DNA from: Spirochaetia bacterium
GTDB lineage: Bacteria; Spirochaetota; Spirochaetia; SZUA-6; Bin103
NCBI GenBank assembly: GCA_965208575.1
Contig: CBDBOV010000005.1
Span: forward strand, 992,001 to 1,056,000
Length of the DNA: 64,000 bases
Reading direction: 5' to 3'
Part shown: in pieces, positions 10,040-18,844 of the stretch
Layout: the number at the start of each line of letters is the position of its first letter
Numbering within the stretch: the first letter of the stretch is position 1
Notes under the pieces: generated by a model
Told to the model about the DNA's origin: nothing
The model's database searches: none
Seen by the model: only the letters and a program-made list of their open reading frames with translations
Program-made: the position numbers and the translations under genes

Positions 10040-10657
10040 CTACCGAGCGCGGCGCGCGATGAGGGCGTGCAGCGGGTCGCCGATTGGCGGGCTGCGGTCG
10101 AGGTGTTGGATGGCGGTCCAGGTGCGCGCCGCCTCCAGGTAGCGGGCGACCAGCGCGGCGTGGCCGAGGTCGTCGCGCAGCAGCCAGGCGCGCACCGCCT
10201 TGGTGGGGAAGCAGCGGTTGGAGAACGTGATGACCAGCGGAGCGCCGGCGGCCAGCACGCGGCCCAGGTCGCGCAGCACCGCCGCCGGCCGGGTGAGGTA
10301 CTGGACCGACACGCAGATGGCGGCGGCGTCGAACTCGGCGTCGGCGAAGGGCAGGCGCGGGTTCCGGTTCAGGTCGTGCACCACGGAGCCGTCCAGCCGG
10401 GGATTGGCGGCCAGCTCGACGCGATTCATGCCCAGCCCAACCACGCGCGAATAGGCCACCTCGGCCGGCAGGTGGCTCACCCAACTGCTCATCAGGTCGA
10501 GCACCGCTCCCCCCGCCGGGAGATACTCGCGGTAGAGCTGCGTGACGGCCGCAGTGGCTGCCTCGTCGATGTGGGTGACCAGCCGTGGCTGCGCATAGAA
10601 TTGCGCGTCGGGCGCTTCATCCTCCCGCCGGAACCCGAATCGGAGATGGTGCGTCAC
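10040..10657 (-). CDS. Class I SAM-dependent methyltransferase
   Basis: FYAQPRLVTHID, VLDLMSSWVSHLP, GLGMN, FSNRCFPTKA. Confidence 0.88.
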   Translation of the reverse strand: MTHHLRFGFRREDEAPDAQFYAQPRLVTHIDEAATAAVTQLYREYLPAGGAVLDLMSSWVSHLPAEVAYSRVVGLGMNRVELAANPRLDGSVVHDLNRNPRLPFADAEFDAAAICVSVQYLTRPAAVLRDLGRVLAAGAPLVITFSNRCFPTKAVRAWLLRDDLGHAALVARYLEAARTWTAIQHLDRSPPIGDPLHALIARRAR

Positions 10658-10664
10658 CGGGTGG

Positions 10665-10859
10665 TCAGGCCTCGATGGCTTGCTGGAGGGCGTGGATATA
10701 GCCGTAGGTGTAGGCGAAGCCGCGCAACGACTTCAGGGGGTCGGCAGTCCACTCCGACCACGGCTCCGACGGGGTCTGGTCGCCGTGCAGCACGCCCAGT
10801 TGGGCGAGCACCCGGATGTCGGTGTCGTGCCTGCGACCGAACTGGGTTCCCAGGTACAC
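10665..10859 (-). pseudogene. uxuA: Mannonate dehydratase remnant: N-terminus joined in frame to C-terminus (64 aa)
   Basis: MYLGTQ...VLAQLGVLH matches UxuA-type N-termini and GFAYTYGYIHAL matches the C-terminus. The catalytic core is missing. Confidence 0.68.
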
Positions 10860-10860
10860 C

Positions 10861-11316
10861 TCAGCCCTCCTCCGCCATGAGCGGGCGCTGGTTGCCGCCG
10901 TCGGCGTCCATCAGGAACAGCTCCACCGCACCGCTGCGATCGGAGCTGAACACGATGGTCTTGCCGTCCGGCGACCAGCTCGGGAAGAAGTCCTGCCCGC
11001 CGTTGTCGGTGAGCTGCCGCTGGTCGCTGCCGTCGGCACCTACCACGTAGATCTCCAGGTCGCCGTCGTGGTTGGCGGCGTACAGGATCTCCGACCCGTC
11101 CGGCGAGAACGAGGCGTCGGTAGCGGCGGACTGCTGCGCCCCGGAGGGACCGGTCGGCAGGCGCGGAAAGCAGCCCATCATCAGCGCGGCGCCGACCATC
11201 CCGATCAAGCAGAAGCGCAGGAACGGCCAGGGCAAGACCCCCGTGGCGCCCAGGGCGCGGCGCCCGGAGCCGCCGCCGCGGGGCATGGGGAGGTGCCCGT
11301 CATTCGGCGCTGTCAT
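10861..11316 (-). CDS. Short TolB-like (PD40 repeat) putative lipoprotein
   Basis: ASFSPDGSEILY and PSWSPDGKTIVFSSDR repeats, lipobox-like MMGC. Start uncertain (overlaps the PIN gene end); only about 2 blades. Confidence 0.7.
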   Translation of the reverse strand: MTAPNDGHLPMPRGGGSGRRALGATGVLPWPFLRFCLIGMVGAALMMGCFPRLPTGPSGAQQSAATDASFSPDGSEILYAANHDGDLEIYVVGADGSDQRQLTDNGGQDFFPSWSPDGKTIVFSSDRSGAVELFLMDADGGNQRPLMAEEG

Positions 11317-11737
11317 CGGAGTCCACGTCGGAGAGAGCGAGGAATTCGTCCGGAGACAGGACCGAGACCCTTTCCTTGGGGAAGTCGGATGTGTTCCGCG
11401 TCACCAGGTGCGGAGCATGCGCCTGAATCGCCGAATGCAGCTGTATCGCGTCTTCAAAGTCGTCGACGCCGCGGTCTTCCATCGCCAGATCTACAATCCG
11501 CGTATCAACGGCCACTACTTCGAATATGTCACGCATCAATCGCAACGCCAAGTCGGCCTGCCCCTTGCCGGACGCCTTGCGGACGATGTAGTACACGTCG
11601 TTGAAACTGATGGCGGAGACGAGGGCACGCGTCGCGCCTCGTTCAGCCAGCGTCCAGACCCGGCTCGCCGCCGCGTAGAACGGTTCCCGGCGGGCGAGCA
11701 CGTCGAGCAGGACGTTGGTGTCGATCAAGGCGGTCAT
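11300..11737 (-). CDS. PIN-domain toxin (PIN_3/VapC-like)
   Basis: LIDTNVLLD, DFEDAIQ, LVTRNTSDF. Confidence 0.9.
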   Translation of the reverse strand: MTALIDTNVLLDVLARREPFYAAASRVWTLAERGATRALVSAISFNDVYYIVRKASGKGQADLALRLMRDIFEVVAVDTRIVDLAMEDRGVDDFEDAIQLHSAIQAHAPHLVTRNTSDFPKERVSVLSPDEFLALSDVDSDDSAE

Positions 11738-11994
11738 CCGGATAATCCGTGCTTGTCGGCGAGGGCATCTGCGAGTAGATCACGGTCGGAGCGCCCCTCC
11801 GGCAAGGTGACGAGACCGGATGCCCTCCGAGTCAGCAGCCCGAGGTCGTTGCTATCCGCGATCTGCTCCGCTTGCATCGACACGACCAAGCGGGAGAACA
11901 GGGCCGACACGCTCGTGTTTCTCTCCGCCGCCAAACGCTTGGCCATCGTGATGACCGACGCATCCGCGGTAAGGGTCAGCTTGCTCTTTCGCAT
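11734..11994 (-). CDS. Antitoxin, DUF6364/RHH-like
   Basis: KLTLT...AKRLA...SVSAL; ATGA overlap with the PIN gene. Confidence 0.8.
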   Translation of the reverse strand: MRKSKLTLTADASVITMAKRLAAERNTSVSALFSRLVVSMQAEQIADSNDLGLLTRRASGLVTLPEGRSDRDLLADALADKHGLSG

Positions 11995-12004
11995 TCCATT
12001 CGCA

Positions 12005-12038
12005 ATATACGTATTATCTCATACGATATGCACGTATG
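12005..12038 (-). promoter_or_regulatory. AT-rich promoter/operator of the DUF6364-PIN pair
   Basis: Palindrome ATACGTAT plus further ATACG/ACGTAT half-sites around a GATAAT -10-like hexamer on the minus strand. Confidence 0.4.
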
Positions 12039-12100
12039 AATTGGGCGTCAACCTGCGAACACCAACCCGGTGAGAGCCCGGCGATGGATCGCGGGCACCG

Positions 12101-12523
12101 TCAGCGCCGGGACGGAGCCACAAGTGGAATCACTCGGCGTTCGAAGCGGCGGTACACGCTGAAGTCCTTCTGGTCGATTGTGAACACGTAGCTGCTGCGT
12201 GAGATCTCGGACATACGGACCAGGCAGGCGTCGGCCAACTGCATGTTCTGGTCGGCGTACTTGTCGAGCAGGCGCGACACCGCCGCTGAGTGTTCCGTGA
12301 CCTGAAATGGCACGGTCACGACGCCGCGTTCGATCAGTTCCAGCACGCGCGCGGGGTTCAGGCCCGCGTGCTCCTGGAGCAGGTAGGTGGCCTCCGCAAG
12401 CACCGCCTCGCAGGTGAGGAGCGGTATCGGTGCGCGCGCCCACTGTTCCAGTGCCCACTCATGGTGGTGGTCCCGCCGGTCGAAAAATGCCACCAACGGT
12501 CCGGTATCCAGCAGCCACGCCAT
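12101..12523 (-). CDS. vapC: VapC-family PIN toxin
   Basis: LLDTGPLVA, CEAVLAEA, MQLADACLV, FTIDQKDFSVYR. Confidence 0.9.
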   Translation of the reverse strand: MAWLLDTGPLVAFFDRRDHHHEWALEQWARAPIPLLTCEAVLAEATYLLQEHAGLNPARVLELIERGVVTVPFQVTEHSAAVSRLLDKYADQNMQLADACLVRMSEISRSSYVFTIDQKDFSVYRRFERRVIPLVAPSRR

Positions 12524-12753
12524 CAGCGACCGAACCCATCGAGCCGGGCCCGGTTGGAGGAGAGGTCTCCGACTCCGCTGTCGACACAGCCGGCGAGGTC
12601 GCCCGCGAGATCGACCGCCGAGACGGCAGTGCCGGATAGATGCCGATCAAGAATGTCCCGGACCATCTCCGACTTCGAGACCTGCGCCCGTTCGGCCTCA
12701 CGCTCCAAGCACGCGGCCAAACGCTCCGGCAGCTTGACGGTGAGCGTTTTCAT
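12523..12753 (-). CDS. CopG/RHH antitoxin
   Basis: MKTLTVKLP...SKSEMVR; C-terminal DLSSN...LDGFGR; TGATG overlap with the toxin. Confidence 0.85.
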   Translation of the reverse strand: MKTLTVKLPERLAACLEREAERAQVSKSEMVRDILDRHLSGTAVSAVDLAGDLAGCVDSGVGDLSSNRARLDGFGR

Positions 12754-12758
12754 ACCGC

Positions 12759-12771
12759 GTAATGGTATTAC
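12759..12771. promoter_or_regulatory. Putative RHH operator
   Basis: GTAAT-GGT-ATTAC palindrome just upstream of the antitoxin ATG. Confidence 0.45.
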
Positions 12772-12987
12772 CAATCGTGCAACAACGCAATACGAACAGG
12801 TGTAGGGGTCGGCGGCGTCGCGGAGGCCGTCGCCGACGAAGTTGTAGGCACGGACGATACTCGACGTTGGCGTCCGCCATCCCGCCCAGCACCGTGGCCA
12901 CGATGAACAGGCCGGGGATGAACAGCCACTGCGCCCGCGCCACGCTGCGCACGTTCTGAGCGCTCTGCAGCAGGGCGCCCCAACTCA

Positions 12988-14521
12988 GGGTGCATTCTTT
13001 CTCTGTGGTAGCGGAATAGGAACCCTCCCAGAGACCAGAGATTCGGTGATGTGGTAAACATCGACCTGTCTCTGGGAGGGGACCAAAATGAGTGAGACCT
13101 TGGTAACGGAGTTGCTCCGGTTTTGCAAGACCCGGTGCGGGATTGACCTGAACCCGTGCAGCGGACCACGGGATCTGCTCGCCGCGGAGCTCGGTATGCT
13201 GAAGTGCCTGGTGGCTGCGGGACGTGCAGCGATGCAACGCTGGTGTGAGCAAGTCGGTGATGGGTATGTCGGTGCGCGCGCAACCCGCGGCGAGGTTCGG
13301 TACCGCTTTGTCGGGAGACGGCGGAAGACGCTGCATGGGCTGTTCGGCGTGATCACCTTGGTGCGCGCCTACTACGCGCCGCTCGGTGGCGGTGGCAAGG
13401 GGTGGGTGCCGCTGACAGAGCAACTGGGTATCGCGGGCGGGTACACGCCTGGGTGCCAGTACTTCATGGCGCGGTGGTGCGCCGAGCAGTCCTACGAGCA
13501 GGGTCTGGCGCAATTCCACGAGGTGTTGCGGCCTGACGGGCGGGAGCTGGTGTCGATGAACAAGGCGTTCGAGATGGTGCGGGCGGTTACTGACGGGTTG
13601 GCGGAGCAACGCCAGCGGGAGATTGTCGAGCGTGCCGACGAGCCGGTGGCGGTGCGCGAAGAGATCACCGGGACGATGGTCGTGGGCATCGACGCGGGGA
13701 AGGTGGCGACACGCGCGAACGAGCGGGTAACTGAAGATGGGAAAAAGAGTTACGATCGCGTGTTTCGGGACTCCAAGGTAGCGACGGTATCAGCGGTGAA
13801 GGTGGACCGGGAGGGTGCAGCGCACTGCACCAAGACCTCCTGTGTCACCGGGATCGAGCATGCTGATGAGTTCTTTCCCCGGATCGAGGTGGAAATGAGC
13901 CGGCGCAGCGCTCACCTGGCAGCGCTGGTGCTGGTGATTCTGGGCGATGGAGCGCATTGGATATGGGACCGGGTCTCCCAGCTGTCCGAACCCGGGCAGA
14001 AGGTCTGGCACATCCTCGATTTCTGGCATGCCTGCGACCACTTGGGGAAGATCGGCAAGGTGTTGTACGGCGAGGGCAGCGAGCAGTTCAAGAGATCCTT
14101 CAAGCGCTGGCGCAGCCTGCTGCGCAAGGGCTGCGTCGCCGCCGTAATCAAGGAACTGCAGGAACTGCACGTCAGTGGCCGCTACAGCGAGAAGCAGTGC
14201 TACGACCTCCAGGGCGAGATCAACTACTTCACGGCCAACCAGCACCGCATGGACTACCCGCTGTATCGATCGTGCGGTCTGCCGATCGGCAGCGGTGTAG
14301 TCGAGGGAGCCTGCAAGAACGTCGTCGCCAAGCGCATGAAGCAGAGTGGGATGACTTGGTCGCTGGACGGAGCCAAGGAGATGCTTCAGCTCCGCGCTTC
14401 GGCGAAGAGCCGTCGCTTCTGGGACGATTTCGAGAGCCTGTTGCCCTCATCGCCCACCCCAGAATCCAACCAGATCCAGCTTGAGGCTGCCTGACCGCTA
14501 CCACACTGACGGAATGCACCC
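12988..14521 (+). mobile_element. Complete insertion sequence (ISKra4/ISLre2-type), 1534 bp
   Basis: 27-bp imperfect TIRs GGGTGCATTC-N6-TGTGGTAGCGG (12988-13014, 14495-14521); 9-bp TSD CCCAACTCA (12979-12987, 14522-14530). Confidence 0.92.
13088..14494 (+). CDS. DDE transposase, ISKra4/ISLre2-type
   Basis: GID, LGDGAHWIW, ILDFWHA, PIGSGVVEGACK...RMKQSGMTW. Confidence 0.93.
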   Translation: MSETLVTELLRFCKTRCGIDLNPCSGPRDLLAAELGMLKCLVAAGRAAMQRWCEQVGDGYVGARATRGEVRYRFVGRRRKTLHGLFGVITLVRAYYAPLGGGGKGWVPLTEQLGIAGGYTPGCQYFMARWCAEQSYEQGLAQFHEVLRPDGRELVSMNKAFEMVRAVTDGLAEQRQREIVERADEPVAVREEITGTMVVGIDAGKVATRANERVTEDGKKSYDRVFRDSKVATVSAVKVDREGAAHCTKTSCVTGIEHADEFFPRIEVEMSRRSAHLAALVLVILGDGAHWIWDRVSQLSEPGQKVWHILDFWHACDHLGKIGKVLYGEGSEQFKRSFKRWRSLLRKGCVAAVIKELQELHVSGRYSEKQCYDLQGEINYFTANQHRMDYPLYRSCGLPIGSGVVEGACKNVVAKRMKQSGMTWSLDGAKEMLQLRASAKSRRFWDDFESLLPSSPTPESNQIQLEAA

Positions 14522-14595
14522 CCCAACTCAGGGCGGGCGGCACGATTCGTGTGGCCGTGGTATTGTAGCGCATCCGAACCACGAGGAGATACGAG

Positions 14596-15333
14596 ATGAA
14601 ATTGCAGGATCGGACCGCTATTGTTACCGGGGCCGGGCGCGGCATCGGCAGGGCGACCGCGCTGGCGCTGGCGCGGGAGGGGGCCAACGTGACGCTGGCG
14701 GCGCGGACCGGGGCCGAGATAGAGGCGGTGGCGGCGGAGATTCGGGCGCTCGGGCGCGAGGCGCTGGCGATCCCGACCGACGTTGCGGACAAGGCGGCGG
14801 TGCAGGCGATGGTGGCGCAGACCATCGACCGCTTCGGCGCGGTCGACATCCTGGTGAACAACGCCGGGGTGCCCGGCACCTCGCCGATACCGGAGATCAC
14901 CGAAGAGCTGTGGGACCGCAACATTGCGGTCAACCTGAAGGCGGTGTTCCTGTGCACGCAGGCGGTGTTCAGCCACATGTGCGAGCGCGGGCGCGGCCAC
15001 ATCCTCAACGTGTCGTCGCTCGCCGGGCGGCATCCGGGAGCCAACTACGGCGCCTACGGGGCCGCCAAGTTCGGCGTGCGCGGGTTTACCGGCATCACCG
15101 GACAGGAGGGGGGCCGGCACGGGGTCAAGGCCACGCTGGTGGAGCCGGGGCCGGTGGACACGAAGATGCGCCGCGACCACCATCGCGACGACGCGGCGCG
15201 GCTCGGGCAGCCGGAGGACGTGGCGGACCTGATCCTGCTCGCCGTCACCCAGTCACCCCAGGTGCACATCCCGGAACTGCCGTTGTACACCACCACCAAC
15301 CCTGAACTCGAAATGATCCGGCATTGGGAGTAG
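14596..15333 (+). CDS. Short-chain dehydrogenase/reductase
   Basis: TGAGRGIG, NNAG, YGAAK. Confidence 0.92.
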   Translation: MKLQDRTAIVTGAGRGIGRATALALAREGANVTLAARTGAEIEAVAAEIRALGREALAIPTDVADKAAVQAMVAQTIDRFGAVDILVNNAGVPGTSPIPEITEELWDRNIAVNLKAVFLCTQAVFSHMCERGRGHILNVSSLAGRHPGANYGAYGAAKFGVRGFTGITGQEGGRHGVKATLVEPGPVDTKMRRDHHRDDAARLGQPEDVADLILLAVTQSPQVHIPELPLYTTTNPELEMIRHWE

Positions 15334-15387
15334 TGGAGTGGGTGGCCCGGTTGGGCCACCCACTTGCCGCGACGAGCGCGGCGGGCA

Positions 15388-17355
15388 CTACTCCTTGAAG
15401 AAAAGCTGCTCGCCCGGGATATTGAGGCCGATCGAGCCGCCGATTCCCGTGTAGAACTCTCGCGGTACGTTGCCGAGTCGCTTGTTGGCGATGTAGACCC
15501 CCGGGGCCATGCCAACGGCGCCGATATGCATCAGGTGCTCTGCGTGCCAGTCGTAGATCTTCTGCGACAGTTCCCGATACTCCGGCGAACCGAGCTTGGT
15601 TCTGATCCTGGCTTCCCCGTACTCGAACAGTTCTTTCACGAATTCGGGCGGCTCCTCGCCGGGAAGTTCGCCGCCGTAGTCGGCCAGGGTACTCGAACCA
15701 TCCTTGATCTTGACGTCGGCTATCAGCCACGCCTGCCACAACGGGCCCCACCCGCGGGCCGCGGTCCACGACTCGCGCTCAACCATGAACGAGCGCACCT
15801 CTTTCGACTGTTCGGCGTGGAACGCGATCTCGTGCTCGGGATCCTGCATGCGCTCCCAGAAGTAGCCCGATTCCCACGACTTCAGCAGCACCTTGATCCC
15901 GACGTTCTCCCAGTACTCCTTGACCAGCTCCAGCGGTGCGGTCGGATCCCCGGCCTCGCCGCCGACGCCATATTCCACCGCCAACTCGAAGGTCTTGCCG
16001 TCGGCGCCGACGCGAAAGCCCTGGTTGTCCCGCTCGCTCAGGCCCACCGCATCGAGCAACTCGTTGGCGCGGTCGGGATCGAAGTCGGCGTATGCCTCGC
16101 CCCACTCCGGCTTGTAGTAGGTGGCACTCGGCAGGATCGTGAACTGCCTCGGCACGGCGAGGCCGAAGAACAGGACGTTGTTCAGGTCGTCCCGGTCGAT
16201 CGCCAGCGAAATGGCCTGGCGAAACCGCACGTCCCGGTAGATGCCTCCCTTCACCGGGTCGGGATGGTTCTGGTTGACGCGGAAGCCCACGTCCGCGCCC
16301 TTGTTGCCGGGCAGCAGCACCACGTTGTAGCCGCCGGCATCCTCGCCCTGCTTGTAGAGCGAGAAGTTCTCGAACGCCGTATTGACGAATGCCACGTCCG
16401 ATTCACCGGCAATGATCTTCAGGTGGTAGGTCTCCGAATCGACGATGTCGGTCACGATCCGGTCGACGTAGGGGAGCTGTTGGCCCTCGGCATCCACCTT
16501 CCAGTAGTACGGGTTGCGGTCGTGCACCTTGTTGGTGGTGTCGGAGTGGGTCAGCACCCACGGCTGCATGGTGGGAAAGTTCATGTCCTGGCGCGGATTC
16601 CACCAGAAGTGGTGGCGGAACGCGTCGACCCAGGTGTCGAAGCCCTCCTCCTTGGCCAGCGCGTTGGCATCCTCGTTGTAGCGGATGTGCCACTTCTGCA
16701 GGTAGTGCTTGGGATAGTAGGAGTGCCAGTCGCCGCCGGCCGGCTCCGCCATCTTCAGGGTGAGGACCGGGTAGGGTACGTCGGTCTCCAATCGCACGGT
16801 GTAGTCGTCGACCTTGATCGCCCGCCGCGCCTGCGGCAACCACATCCAGGTCTCGATCTCCTCGTGCCAGTGCATGTCCTCATACATGAAGATGACGTCG
16901 TCGGCCGTGAACGGTGCACCGTCCGACCACCTGGCCCCTTCGCGCAGGAAGATGGTGATGCTCTTGTCGTCCGCGGCCTGCTCGAACCCCTTGGCGAGAT
17001 TTCCCTCGACCTCCAGGCGGTCGAATCGGAAGCGCCCCAGGTAGCTGCCGCGCTCGGTCTCCTCCTGCAGGTCGCCCCACGGAGCATTGTTGGTGGCGTG
17101 CACGTACAGCGTACCGCCGTACCGGCCCACCGACTCGATCGGCTCCAGCAGGGCCGGCTCCACGGGCAGCCGCTCATCCACCGGCGGCAACTCACCCTGG
17201 GCCACCAGCTCGGTCAGCATGGGCGCCTCCCGGTATTGGCCCATCGGCACCGCCATCTGTTCCGCGTCGCTCGATTCCTCCGTGGACGGGCTCGCCCACG
17301 CGGCCAGCGACGCGACCAATAAGAGCCCCGAAACGAAAGCGAATATCCTTGTCAC
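15388..17355 (-). CDS. ABC substrate-binding protein, family 5 (orphan)
   Basis: EAPML...GELPPVDERLP, WSDGAPFTADD, RNPYYWKVD, FRQAISLAIDR; GTG start with GAGGAG SD. Confidence 0.92.
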   Translation of the reverse strand: MTRIFAFVSGLLLVASLAAWASPSTEESSDAEQMAVPMGQYREAPMLTELVAQGELPPVDERLPVEPALLEPIESVGRYGGTLYVHATNNAPWGDLQEETERGSYLGRFRFDRLEVEGNLAKGFEQAADDKSITIFLREGARWSDGAPFTADDVIFMYEDMHWHEEIETWMWLPQARRAIKVDDYTVRLETDVPYPVLTLKMAEPAGGDWHSYYPKHYLQKWHIRYNEDANALAKEEGFDTWVDAFRHHFWWNPRQDMNFPTMQPWVLTHSDTTNKVHDRNPYYWKVDAEGQQLPYVDRIVTDIVDSETYHLKIIAGESDVAFVNTAFENFSLYKQGEDAGGYNVVLLPGNKGADVGFRVNQNHPDPVKGGIYRDVRFRQAISLAIDRDDLNNVLFFGLAVPRQFTILPSATYYKPEWGEAYADFDPDRANELLDAVGLSERDNQGFRVGADGKTFELAVEYGVGGEAGDPTAPLELVKEYWENVGIKVLLKSWESGYFWERMQDPEHEIAFHAEQSKEVRSFMVERESWTAARGWGPLWQAWLIADVKIKDGSSTLADYGGELPGEEPPEFVKELFEYGEARIRTKLGSPEYRELSQKIYDWHAEHLMHIGAVGMAPGVYIANKRLGNVPREFYTGIGGSIGLNIPGEQLFFKE

Positions 17356-17560
17356 AGTATTCCTCCTCGGCGCTGTCCGTCCCCGGTGGTTGCATCACCA
17401 GCCGGAGCAAGCGCCGGCAATTTCGTAGCCGAAACCCTATGTCAGGACCGGCGATTCGTCAATGTTTGCGAGTGGGGGAGCGGGCGCTCGGGTGAGGGGC
17501 GCGCAGCGGCGATGCGAAGCTGGCGCGGATGCTGCGCCCGGAACGCACAGTCCGTTAACG

Positions 17561-18703
17561 TCAACGCAGGCCGGAAGGCGCCAGTTCGCCGATCGAGCCT
17601 TCCAGCTTGCCCTGCTCTTCGTGGGCGGCGCGGCCCGCGGTCGGCGGCAGCGGCGTGTCGTACTGGTAGCCGGGTTCCTGCTGCTGCCGCTTCCAGGTGG
17701 CGAGCATCTCGCGCCAGGCGCCGATCAGGGTGCGCGGCTCCGGCATGTCGGCGGCGATGGCGCGCGCCAGCTTGCGGAGGTGGTAGCACGGCACGCCGGC
17801 GTACATGTGGTGCTCGGTGTGCCAGTTCATGCGCCAGTACAGGAAGGTCGAGACCGGGTCGAGCTTCATCGAGCGGGTCGACTTGCGGAAGTCGGGCACG
17901 TTGTCGCGCAGGCCGCAGTGCTGCGGCAGGCCGACGAAGTAGGTAAGCCAGTTGGCGATGAACGGTGCCGCCGAGATCACCAGCGGCAGCACCCACAGCC
18001 CGCTGGCGATCCCGACCACCAGCACGGTTCCGTGGAACAGGAGCTGCGCCCGCGACCACCACATCGACTTCCACGCCTGCGCCGGCTGGTCGAGGTGCAG
18101 CGCCTCGATCCACTGCCGGATCGGCGCCCTGGTCGAGCCGATCAGCCCGAACGCGCCGAGCGCGGTAATCGCCAGCGTCGACAGCAGTCCGCCCTTGGTG
18201 AAGTTGCGCCCCGGCTTGCTGAGCAGGTTGAGCGTGAACATCTGCAGCAGGAACGTGCGCCCCACCGACGGGTGCAGCGGCAGCAGGTTCTCCCGGTCAC
18301 CCTCAGGGTAAAGGGTGTAGCGGTGGTGGTAGGTGTGGCTGGTGCCGTAGTCGAACGGATCCCACCAGCTCAGCAGGCTGTAGAGGTACAGGAACACTTG
18401 GTTGAGACGCCTGGTGCGGAATACGGTACCGTGCGGCGCGACGCCGGTAAAGAAGCTCGCCACCGTGCCGTGCGCAAACAGTGCCAGCGCGAACCCCAGC
18501 CACAGGCCGCGCGTCCAGCACCACCACACCAGCGCTCCGGTGGCCACCGCCAGCGCCAGGTGCCCGCCCGCCTGCAGCCACCCCTGCAGGTCGCTGCGCT
18601 GCATCAGCCGCCGCAGCGTGGCCGGCTCGATCGGCGACCGGTACCACTTCACGCGCAGTTGGTCGCGAACCTCGGCCAGCGGCGGGTACTCGTCTGCTCC
18701 CAT
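17561..18703 (-). CDS. Fatty-acid desaturase family protein with a collapsed first His box (possibly inactive)
   Basis: His boxes 2 (HTYHH) and 3 (HTEHH) are intact. Box 1 reads APHGTVF instead of HxxxHGTVF. Confidence 0.85.
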   Translation of the reverse strand: MGADEYPPLAEVRDQLRVKWYRSPIEPATLRRLMQRSDLQGWLQAGGHLALAVATGALVWWCWTRGLWLGFALALFAHGTVASFFTGVAPHGTVFRTRRLNQVFLYLYSLLSWWDPFDYGTSHTYHHRYTLYPEGDRENLLPLHPSVGRTFLLQMFTLNLLSKPGRNFTKGGLLSTLAITALGAFGLIGSTRAPIRQWIEALHLDQPAQAWKSMWWSRAQLLFHGTVLVVGIASGLWVLPLVISAAPFIANWLTYFVGLPQHCGLRDNVPDFRKSTRSMKLDPVSTFLYWRMNWHTEHHMYAGVPCYHLRKLARAIAADMPEPRTLIGAWREMLATWKRQQQEPGYQYDTPLPPTAGRAAHEEQGKLEGSIGELAPSGLR

Positions 18704-18774
18704 GCCTGCCCAAGGCTATTGCGCGCGCACGTGTCTTTCAACCCGGCCACCACGTTGTTCACATTTTGGGTAGT

Positions 18775-18807
18775 ATGATTCCGTTTTTTGACGCAAAAAG
18801 GAATCAT
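18775..18807. promoter_or_regulatory. Long inverted repeat upstream of the AAA ATPase gene
   Basis: ATGATTCC(GT)TTTTTG-ACG-CAAAAAGGAATCAT. Confidence 0.5.
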
Positions 18808-18844
18808 CATGGACAAAATGCCGGACGCTTGTTAGTGTCTGAAC

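Larger units (their letters stand above)
12802..14540 (-). pseudogene. C-terminal remnant of an OppC-type permease, split by an IS and by a 37-nt insertion
   Basis: Removing the IS and one TSD gives PPALSWGALLQSAQNVRSVARAQWLFIPGLFIVATVL. Removing 12850-12886 continues with AYNFVGDGLRDAADPY. Confidence 0.8.
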
